A stretch of DNA of 64,000 bases, from NCBI GenBank assembly GCA_043228905.1, contig JBHGNT010000010.1, forward strand, positions 9,176,001 to 9,240,000. The letters run 5' to 3'. Numbering within the stretch: the first letter of the stretch is position 1; every line of letters starts with the position of its first letter. The DNA is from Azolla caroliniana. Lineage: Eukaryota > Plantae > Polypodiophyta. Positions 24,424 to 34,961 of this stretch are shown piece after piece. Position numbers and translations under genes: made by a program. The notes beneath the pieces are model-generated. The model saw only the letters and a list, made by a program, of their open reading frames with translations. It searched no databases and had not been told where the DNA came from.

Positions 24424-25222
24424 ATATGTACATACATATGCACATACATAGAACATACACACAAGCATGTAACACATACCCTACATACTCACATGCAATA
24501 CACACAATATATACAATACAATATGTACATACACACACATGGCATGCATACAATATACAATACAATTATACAATATGTACATACATACATACACACAACA
24601 CATACATATATACACATGTACGTACATACATACACACAACACATATATATACACATGCAAATATATACAACATACACACACACACATATATATACAAGAT
24701 ACATACACACATGCCATACATATAATATATACAATACATACATATGCACATGTATAGAACACACACACGTATCACACACTTACATATGCACATGCCATAC
24801 ATACAATAAATACAATACATACATATGCACATATATAGAAGATACTTACATATGCACATGCCATACATACAATAAATACAATACATACATATGCACATAT
24901 ATAGAAGATACTTACATATGCACATGCCACACATACAATAAATACAATACATACATATGCACATATATAGAACATACTTACATATGCCCATGCCATACAT
25001 ATAGCACATACAATAAATACAATACATACATATCCACATATATAGAACATACACACATATCACATACTTACATATGCAGATGCCACACATATAGCACATA
25101 CAATACATACATATGCACATATATAGAACATACACACATATCACATACTTACATATGCAGAGGCCACACATATAGCAGATACAATGCATACATATGCACA
25201 TATATAGAACACACATATCACA
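24424..25222. repeat. ACAT-rich low-complexity minisatellite (about 66-bp units from 24781)
   Basis: TACATATGCACATGCCATACATACAATAAATACAATACATACATATGCACATATATAGAAGATACT repeated with variants. Confidence 0.85.
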
Positions 25223-25259
25223 GAAAAGAAGAAAGGAGGGGGGGGGAGAGAGAGATCAC

Positions 25260-25301
<42 letters not shown>

Positions 25302-25308
25302 AGGGTGA

Positions 25309-25752
25309 TGGATCCTGCAACGGCCTCACCGCCATGGAAGGTGCCATGGATCCTGCCACTACAGCCATAGCCCTGATGCTCATGGACCAAGCAGTGCAAG
25401 AAGAAGAAGAGATCAAAGCACCTCCACGGCCCGCCGCCATCTCCTCCACTTGCAATCATCCAGCTCATCCTCCTCCTCCAGTGGCCGTGCCAAGGTGGCC
25501 CGCCTTGAAGCAACCCTGGAGGCCAAGGTCGTCCAACTCATTGTTTCTGAAGAGTTCAAAACCCTACTTCAACCTAACCCCATCACTGGCCACCATGTAT
25601 GTGTCTCATTCCATGATGATGCCTCCACGGGGCAACGCGTGTGGGAGTGGCATAGCCACATCCTTTCCCTGCATGATGATTACCATGACCATGAAGATGC
25701 TTCATATTCCCCTGAGCATGTCTATGGAAACTTCTTTCAGCCTTTGTCATAG
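25309..25752 (+). pseudogene. Fragment of an uncharacterised land-plant protein gene, no in-frame ATG
   Basis: Open frame ..ARRHLLHL..LIVSEEFKTLLQPN..HHVCVSFHDD..RVWEWHSHI..YSPEHVYGNFFQ resembles, from memory, a conserved plant unknown-function family (VWEWHGHI..PEYIYGNYF). Not database-verified. Confidence 0.45.
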
Positions 25753-26144
25753 GCATGCACAGCCAACAAGATGAAGAAGATAAATGATAGCAACAGGATA
25801 GGATAGATCGGAATGTCGTTCCTGATAGTTCAGCATCACAATGTCGGCCTCCCCTTCTTCTGAAATGGCATGCAATGGGGAATCATAAACCTTAGATAGC
25901 ATGTGTTGCTGCTATGTGGTACCTAATCAAAACAAGTTCAATATATATTGCTCTGTGTTGAGGCAATCAAGGGAGAATGGGCTATGTTATGAGACTTGTC
26001 TTGCTTTCTAGTAAGAAATTATGTATGTCTTGGATTTCTGTGAGTAACTCTATAATTTGATGAGAGAGAGAGAGAGAGAGAGAAATTTGACATAGACACA
26101 CACAGAGACTCGCTCAGGCACACACAAATGGAGCAACGTTGTTG

Positions 26145-26790
26145 ATGGGTGCTTACAAATATGAGGGGGAGCTATGTAGGAACTGTTTATAAATATGAGG
26201 AGGAGCTATGGAAGAAGAAACAGTTCGATGTCATGTGATTCCTTCTTCACGTTCGTCGTTGGGAGTATAGGCAACTTCTTGGAATGGTTCGCATCACTCG
26301 CCCTACCCGGCCAAACAAAGCTCATCGTCTCGGTTACAAGACAAAACAGGGCTATGTCGTCTTACCGTGTTCGTGTGAGGAGAGGACATAAGAGGGATTT
26401 ATCCAAAGGTATTGTTTATGGTAAACCAAAGAACTAGGGTATTACACAATTGAAATTCCGACGTACTTTGCACTCTGTTGCGGAGGAGAGAGCTGGATGA
26501 AAGCTTGGAGGTTTACATGTATTGAACTCATACTAGATTAATCAGGATTCAACATACACATATTTTGAGATTATTCTTGTGAATCCGGCTCATACTCTCA
26601 TTTGGAAGGATCCTAGTATCAATTGGTTGTGCAATCGTGTGCACAAACACCGTGAATTGAGAGGTTTTACTTCTACTGGTAAGAAGTACTGTGGACTTTG
26701 AGGGAAAGGTCACAACAACTGTAAGTGCAAGCCTTCAATTCATGCTACATGGAAGCGCAACAATACGACGTCCCTCCGCCGAATCATTGA
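26145..26790 (+). pseudogene. RPL15: Processed pseudogene of 60S ribosomal protein L15 (eL15)
   Basis: [56 protein letters not shown]. Contiguous (intronless), with several stops and frameshifts and a duplicated start segment. Confidence 0.92.
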
Positions 26791-26943
26791 TGAAGTTAGT
26801 GTGTTTGTGCTCAGAATGATCTAGATAATGATTTTATTCTCTTGAGAATTGAATGGATTTCCTTGTTTTTGGTCTTAGTTTCAATTGTTACCTTGGTAAT
26901 TTTGTTAATCAATGATGATGAGTTTTGGAGAGAGAGAGAGACC

Positions 26944-27105
26944 TTATTTTCTGTCTATTCTGACGATATGATGGGTTAATCACACACTTTACTAGTGTTA
27001 ATGATGGCAGTTGTGGAATTCGCAATTGGGCTGGCCATTCCGGTGGTAACTTCTAGAATTCGCGGGACCATTGTTGTGGAATTTCCTAATCACATGAAAG
27101 GTCGA
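26944..27105 (+). pseudogene. nad4L: NUMT: 3' half of mitochondrial nad4L
   Basis: [52 protein letters not shown] matches the nad4L C-terminus (FSV.LDDMMGQ..AAAESAIGLAI.V.TFR.RGTIAVEFIN.MKG). Confidence 0.88.
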
Positions 27106-27855
27106 GCACCATTAAAATCATTGCACTTCGTTTTTCCTTCTTGAATACAAAGTATACTTTGGCATTAAGGGAGGAGATACGATTTGAATCTCTCTTTTGA
27201 AAGCAGATTTACTAAAATCAAACACTTTTTTCATTCGGCCACTTCTTGCTTCGACTTTTCGAGCCAAGATTAGGGTTTATTTTGATATATGAACCCGGGC
27301 ATATACAGGCTTTATGAGGCTTTTTCATAAAATGAAATACTTCCGATAGAAAAGCAGGGTCCCATTCACCTTATTTGCTTCCACCACCGGCTTGCTAGAG
27401 ACTCTATGGTTTCTGAAGTAATAACTTTTAATATATTAAGAACAATTTAATAGAATCACCATGACTAATACTTACTCTTTTATAGTCCTAGAGAGAGAGA
27501 GAGAGAGAGAGAAGACGCCACGAGCGTGATCAACCTCTTCGAAATGGCCCTCCTCTAGCAAGCAAGGATGAGCTACAAGAATGTGGGAATTTGTTGCCAT
27601 CAAGATCCATACCATTTTCCGAGGGTTCTTGGTTTAGTACCATATCAATCTTTAACCATGTTTGTATGTGTCCATGTGTGCATGTGTATTTGCATATGCA
27701 TGGTTGTGTTTCTATGTGTGTATTTGTATGCATGTATGAATGCATGCACACATGCAATTGCAATATTCTCTCTCATGTTTTTATTTCTATGTTAATTTGA
27801 GTATTTGCTATGTCATTTCCAAGGCAAGAAGAGCATTTTTGGTCTTGAGAAGCAT

Positions 27856-28405
27856 CATGGGGTGGTGGTTTCTTTAGGAAGGACCCTACGAAGGTTGATT
27901 GGAGTAGATGTTACATTTTGAGGCAAGTTGTGGAGAGTATTGTTGCAACAAGACTTGCTCGTCGTTGCATTGTCCAAGTATGTATTCATCTTGTGACTTT
28001 GGTGGATATTGAGCCTTGTTCTTCACTCATTGTGGCATGTTTTGTCCTTTTTCATGCAAATAAAGTTGTGAGAAATGATTAAACATTGTTCTTCTTAGGA
28101 GCTTAGTAGAAACCAAGTTTGGTTGTGCATATTGGTCAAGGAATGTATAATAGTTTAGGAAAATAGCTTTATTCATTCATTGTGTTTCCTTTTTATTCCT
28201 GAAATTAAAAAGAAATGATGAAAATATTTTTACTTTAGGAAACCCTAATCCCAATGATTTTCAACATGGGATGATGGCTATCCATGACCTTTGTAGAGGC
28301 AGAAGCAAACGTTAGTAGAAGACCCTTGCATATGGTCACTTTGGTCCTAATGACCCTGATTTCGCATGGGAAATCGTTAAGCCATTGAAGTGGGAGAAAA
28401 CTTAG
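27856..28405 (+). pseudogene. SAMS: Degraded S-adenosylmethionine synthetase 3' fragments
   Basis: 27861-27980 reads [40 protein letters not shown]. 28256-28405 reads DFQHGMMAIHDLCRG..KTLAYGHFGPNDPDFAWEIVKPLKWEKT*. Confidence 0.85.
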
Positions 28406-29754
28406 CTCTACATAACTTTTGATTAGTAATTGTTAGAATGAAACAAAAATTGACAAAATTTACTATTATGACTAGGGTTTTGGCTTATGGTCTATGTGTT
28501 TCTTTCTATAAGAGAAGTATGCAAAAATAAGAATGAAATGGTTGGAAAGGAAAGTATAGAGGAAGGAGAGGATATTTTGCTTATTCTAATTTTTTTCTCT
28601 TAAAACTCCTTTTTAACTAATATGGGAATTTTGTTACATTTGTTTGAAGTTTTTTCTTTAGATATTTGTTTTCTTTTGAAGAGTTCAAATGGAAGAAAAA
28701 TAAAGGGTTATTTATGACGAGAGCAAAGCAACAAATATTCACCTACTATGTGTGGTGATAGAGATGTTGAGTTAATTGGATGTCTTCATCAAAGACTCGT
28801 TGTGCTTAATTGCTTTTCTATATGATATCATTGTATTTAAGGGTATGGAGCTTTTGATACTTGAGACTACTAGGCTTCACACCCTATCTAGTTTTCATTT
28901 TGGCGTTCAGTCTAGCTTAGAATGCATGCACCATCAAGGCTCTCATACCATGAGTTTGTTTTGGGGCTAGCTATCAAGGGAGGTTGAAGCATGTATTTCT
29001 TCCTACGATTGTCTTTTGTTCTATCAGTATGGTTGGTCTTCATTCCTTTCATGAATTTCAGGATATGGAGGTTGGCATTTATTAGAAACATTTTTTAAGC
29101 CAAGTGGGTGTTTTTTCATCAAGTCACGCCCACTTTACTCTTCACTGACTGTGTTCATGTATTTTTATTTTCAGCTGACATTGTGTTCATCTTTCTTGGT
29201 GCTACATCATTACGAGAATGCAAGGTCTTGATTTCTAGTTGTTGTAAAGGGAGGAGATTGATAAATAAATAATTGTATGTGTTGTAATATAGAACTGTTT
29301 CCATTACTTTCCTCTCGTCTAATGAATTATTGTTTGTTTGAAACATTATTTGAACCTTAGGTGTTTCATTATTATAATAAGTTGGTTTTGCATGTGTTTG
29401 TTGTGAACTATATAATTCAAGGAAAAGGTGTACTAGAAAGAGATGTTGTATTGCCAATAATGTGATTGATATGTATGTCAAATGTGGCTTGACGCATGTA
29501 GCACATATATTGCTTGATCAGCTTTGCATATTGAAAGAGTCATATATTAATCTCTTCCTCGTTAAAAAATGTTGTGATGTGAGAAATTATTGATCATTTC
29601 AAGGAACTTCTTGCAATGATGGAGTATTCATGATGATTGTTGATGAAGTTTCATAATGTTTAAATAGAGAATAGCTATCAAACCAAATAATGTGCTATTG
29701 AGTCTTTATTAGTAAAAGAATATTCATGATTTATGTGCAAATAGACATGAGCCA

Positions 29755-29952
29755 CTACACACACATACACATAACACATAGATACATACATACATACAAT
29801 ACATCTAAGATATACAACACATGCAATACAGTACATACATAAATAAACATGGAATACAATACATACATACATACAATACATCTAAGATATACAACACATG
29901 CAATACAGTACATACATAAATAAACATGGAATACAATACATACATACATACA

Positions 29953-29983
<31 letters not shown>

Positions 29984-30000
29984 GAACACACACACACAAC
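29755..30000. repeat. 77-bp tandem duplication and (CATA)n
   Basis: ACATCTAAGATATACAACACATGCAATACAG at 29801 and 29878. Confidence 0.8.
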
Positions 30001-30302
30001 CTATATATAAAATATATACAACATATGCATTACAATATAATACATTTCTATGTAAGGGCATTTAAAATGAGTTGTCATCAAAATATATATTGGCACTAAG
30101 GGTTATTTTTATTAACCATTTTTTTATAGAAGGGTATCTAAAATAGTAAAAAATATACGTATAAGGGGTTTGAACGCACGTGATAGAACCTCTATATATA
30201 TAGTGGAGTCCCCGAGGGTTTCCCTAGCGTTAAATGTTATTGTGATTTACTATTATTTACTATTGTTGTGCATGATTTATTGTTATTTAAAATTGTTTTG
30301 CA

Positions 30303-31880
30303 TGTGAGGCGAAGAACAGAGACATGACTCACATGACAAGGAAGACACCCACGAAGAAGAAAATGGTCAAAGAAAATGTCAACACACCATGCAAGGGAAG
30401 AAAAAGGACCCCCACCAGAGGGAGGTCAAAGTTATCAACAACTCAAGGCAAGAAGATTTATACAAATATCCTTCGAGGTACAAAATTAGGATGGGGATAT
30501 TTCCTTCGTGCACAACCTGACACTCATGAAGACCTAGACACGTTGTCGCGAAAATACGACGAGGACACGTGATCTTGAGGCAGGACCCCGAGGCCTCCAA
30601 CCAGAGGATATCAAATTCGTGCGTTTATACTTTAAGAATTAACGAAAACGAGAAAATTTAATAAATTTCATTAAGAAAGGAAAAGAAAAATTACAATCTA
30701 TCCCAAGATTGGGATTACAAAAGTTTAGGAATTATGAGGCTTCGATAAGAAAAAAAAATAGGGTTATGGTTTTTTAGAGATATAGCTTCCGTATGGAAAA
30801 TTAGGGTTTTTGAGTGTTATGGCTTCCGTAGGGAAAATTAGAATTAGGTTATACGAGAGATATCGCTCCCGTAGGGAAAATTAGGGTTTTTGAGTGTTAT
30901 GGCTTTCGTAGGGAAAATTAGGGTTTTTGAGTTTTTATAAGAAAATTACGATTAGGGTTTTATAAGATAATTAGGCTTAGAGTGTTTTTTCCCACTCGAA
31001 GATACCCTTGCATGAGGAACTCTACTTTGCATCTTGAGTTCAATTGCATGCATCCACATGATCTTTACTTTACATAAAACTTGACTTTAGTTGCATGGCC
31101 TCTACCTTTAGTTGCATGCCTTCCTCATGACCTTTACTTTATGCGTGGCCTCCCTCTTTTCTTTGCATGCCTTTCACATGACCTTTACTTTATGCATGCC
31201 CTCCAACTTTAGTTACATGCGTCCACATCGCCTTTACTTTACTTTACTTTAATTCGCCGCATGATCCTATCATCCGTCCATCTCGATCGTTGCCCATCCG
31301 ATCCATCTGGTCCGCGTCCGGTTTTCGTTCCATCGCCATCCAGTTGCCGGTTCTGTTTGATTACCGATTGTTGGCTTCGTCCGATTGGTTGCCGGTTGCC
31401 GGTTCTGTCGTCATCCGATTCTGGTTCCCAACTTCGTCGCCGGCTCCGTCTGGTTTCCAATCCGTCGTCGTCCAGTTGCCGATTGCCGGCTCTGTCCAAT
31501 TGGTCGCCGGTTGTCGGTTCCATCGCCATCCGATTCTAGTTCCGGTTTCCAACTTCATTGCCGGCTCCGTCCAGTTTCCAATTGCCAACTCCATCCGGTT
31601 TCCAGTTCCCGACTTTGTTGCCAGTTCTATTCGATCGTTGGCTCCTTCCGGTTTCCAATTGCTGACTCCATCCAGTTTCCAGTTTCCGGTTTTGTTGGTT
31701 CTATCCGATCACCGGCTCTATCCGGTCACCAGTTCCTTAGCCACATTTGTCCATGTAGACAAATTGGTCCAAGTCCAACCATTCCTTTCGTGCTCTCAAC
31801 ACATATATGAAAACTAATAGTTCTCAATCTCCTTATATAGATGGATCCTAAAGTTTCCTATCAATGTGGGATATTTCACA
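30303..31880 (-). mobile_element. Putative long LTR or LTR-derived element with internal tandem repeats
   Basis: Minus strand starts TGTGAAATATCCCACATTG..TATATAAG and ends ..CCTCACA. Internal GAAAATTAGGGTTTT, CTTTACTTT/GCATG and CCGGTT repeat blocks. No TSD found. Confidence 0.4.
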
Positions 31881-32904
31881 ATTCTATTTTCCTTATCGTC
31901 TCAAACATCATATTCACATAACTTGATACTTATTTATCTGTTTCATGTGTAGTGAAATGCATTATAAAGCTCTTGAAGATATCTATCTTTCCATATCAAG
32001 CTAGTAATCTAATCTAAAATAATTATTTCATTATTTTTTACATAGTGTGTGAAGAATCACACGACAACGTGGATGATAAAAACTTGGGACATTTGTGTTG
32101 ACTCAACATATTGCAAACTAAAGAGCCACACTGACAGAAAAGCATGAAGAGAGATTGTTGTGTTGTATAGCTTCCATGCAAACAAAAATGCAAGCACTGC
32201 ATGCCGATTTGGAAGAAGTGTCATCTGGTGAGATGGCGGCAAAGAAACAATTCACATCTATGTCGAATACATACAAATGGATTGCATCAACAATCCAAAA
32301 TTCTAAAAGAGATGTGTTGAAGAGGAGTTGAAGAAGGAGCTCACAAATATGGGTACTCGTCTAGAAGCATAGAAGAAAGATCTAGAGACATGGAAGTTTT
32401 CTCGTTTTGAAATTGATGCGCAGTTATCAGCCTTAAAGCTACATTCAGAGTACCTAACATGTTTGATGAAGGGTCTAAAAGAGAAATGTTTAGATCCTTT
32501 GTGTCTGGACGTAGTTGAGCACCCCGTCTGCATGGAAAGTATAATTACAAGTATGACTATATCACGGTAATGGTTCATATTTTTCCTTTTTGATCTTCTA
32601 TGGTATAAAATATCATTGGTGCTAATATAGTGTATGTTGTGTCTCGTTATTGAAGGTGTTTATTCTATGGCCCTGGATTCAAGCTTGACGCTATGCATGC
32701 TATCATTACACCATGCTTGCACACATATCATTGAACACATTCACATTCACAAGTGGAAGGATCACGCATAAATGGAAGGATAAGGAATATTTTGTTTGAT
32801 TTTAGTACTTTTTCAATGATTTTACAAAACATATTGATACCAATATCATACATGTTCAAATATACTATGAAAAAGGTTAAAAATCCACTATTTTTGTGAT
32901 TTAG

Positions 32905-34479
32905 TACTCTTTAGATCGGGTACGTGCCGAACTTGGTGCAGGGTTATTATGTTGCCATTTGGAAATCTGATGGGAACTTCTCTAGTTCCTGCTATCTTGC
33001 ACTCCTCCCCATTTCCTAGTCGGACTGTGCCGCTAGCGTCAACTGAATAGTTCGAAAACCATTCAATGTTCGGGGTCACGTGAAATGTGGCACCAGAGTC
33101 TAGTAGCCACGTGTATGCAGCTTGTGCACTATAGAAGACTTCCCCGATCATCAAATCCTCTAGGAAGAGGGTTTCTCCGGATCGGGTGTCGGCAACATTG
33201 ACCTGGTTGCCAACTGGAGAGTGGTCCGAGTCAGAACGTCTCCTCGATTCCGCTCGGATTGTCGTACCCCTCTCTTTTCTCTTTATTGACCAGTAATCGG
33301 AAATATTGTGGCCAGCTTTCCTCCAGTGTGTGCAGTACTCACTTGATCGGCCTGTTTTCGACTTTGAGTGTTGTCGGTCTCCCCTCGTTTTCAATCGGTT
33401 GTAGCATCGACCGGTTCTGTCGGCTTGTTCTTTTGTTCGACTCTGTCGGTCGAACAACTTGGTCGAGTGGTGGGCTTCTACCGACTCATCGATAGTTAGT
33501 CCCATCAATTTTCGCCGAATGTCCTCTGTGAGGACTTGGCCGATTGTTTCGTCTAGATTCAAAATCGGTCAGCTATTGGCGTATGTCATGCAGAATACCT
33601 CCCAACTCGCCGGCAAGCTCGATAGGAGGGCAAGGGCTTTCACTTCTTCTTCGAAGTTGATCCCTTGTGACGAGAGCTCTGACAACACCCGGCTGAAGGT
33701 GTTGATGTGGGAGGTTGCCGGATCAAACTCTCTCATCTTCATGTTGAACAGTTGTTTGATCAAAAACAATTTCGAAGATGAGGACTTCTTTTCACAAACG
33801 GCCTTTAGCTTCTCCCACAATGAGAACGCTATCATCTCTTTCACCATGCTGAAATAGATGTTTTCAGCCAGATGCATTCAAATGGTGGAGCGTGCGATTT
33901 CATCCATTGATCTCCACTCCTCGCTTGTCATTGAGGCAAGTTTTTCGTTGTGCGTAATGGCTTCAACCTGCCTTCAGATGATCAGCACATCCTGCATCAT
34001 CTCCTTCCACAAGGCAAAGTTTTTGTCATCGAATTTCCTGATTTCAACTCTTGTTCCAAATGTTGAATCCATATTCTTTTTGTGAACTTCAGATTTCTAA
34101 CCTGGTCTTTTCTTTCAGCTTCTTCTTCTGTTGTTTGTTGTCATCGAACAACAAGGTTTGCTCTGATACCAATTGTTGACAACGAGTGCATTTTGCGGAA
34201 ACGTGTATGGATTTGTTGTCAGTTATGAACAATGAACAACGCAGACAGAAAAATAGAATAGGCGTAGACTTACATAGTGCAACCTTTAATGGAAAGCTTT
34301 ATTGCTTCATTCTCACTCACTCTCTTAGAGATACAATACACAACACCAGAGAATCAGTACTTTGTCTCTTTGTCTCTCTTCCACTTGTCACTCTTTGATT
34401 ATATACTAAGCCCTAACTTATTAACGAGTTCACACTCGGACAGATACAATTTGGAAGGAGTTAGCCTTTTATGCCAACA
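32905..34479 (-). mobile_element. 5' part of a Copia (LTR, PBS, gag, protease), same family as 34962-40504
   Basis: LTR 34174-34479, PBS (GCTCTGATACCA on +) at 34160-34171, gag ATG at 34072, WLLDSGATFH. Reverse complement of about 34962-36530. Confidence 0.9.
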
Positions 34480-34900
34480 ATCGCGGCATCTGGACCCAGC
34501 AAGGGAAGGCCGCAACAGACTGCTGGTACTGTGGTAAGAAAGGCCATAGAGAAAGCGAGTGCTGGAAAAAAGGAGCTGATTCGGAGAAAGCTGGATCAAG
34601 CAGAAGAGATGCAAATAGGCATCAGAGGTCGCACTACGTGGAAGGCTCTGAACGAGCCGAAAATGGATCGGGCCTAGCCTTCGTAATGAAGCACGAGGCC
34701 AATTCAATGGCAGTGAACACCTCAAAACCGAATGAGGTGTAATATGTTAACTCCGGAGCGTCAAATAATATGACGAGTCACAAGGAATGGTTCTCATACT
34801 TGGAGAAACCGGAAAAGCAAGGCATGGTCGAAACCGAAGACGATGATACATGGATGCTGACTGGGCAGGCTACAGAGCTGATATTAGATGTAGAAATTGA
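34480..34900 (+). mobile_element. Remnant of a Copia related to the 43190-49127 family
   Basis: YVNSGASNNMTSHKEWFSYLEKP (compare WYIDSEASNHMTSHEEWFSYLEKL at 47405-47698) fused to an RNase H piece YMDADWAG. Confidence 0.65.
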
Positions 34901-34961
34901 CCTCCATTTTTTCTCCAAAGGTGGACCCATGTCCAACCGCAAGGCTTAACAACAAATCCAA

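Noticed and set aside
24347-25308. Long Cys/Tyr/His/Thr-rich ORFs on both strands (up to 271 aa)
   Set aside because: Artefacts of translating the ACAT minisatellite, which lacks stop codons.
30190-30230. TCTATATATATA as a Helitron 5' end carrying gene fragments
   Set aside because: Not preceded by A, and no 3' hairpin plus CTRR end was identified.
31239-31817. Overlapping ORFs in the GC-rich block
   Set aside because: They arise from CCGGTT-type degenerate repeats and show no protein motif.
32050-32570. Coding-like, coiled-coil-like degraded frame
   Set aside because: Interrupted by stops with no recognisable motif; cannot be assigned without a search.
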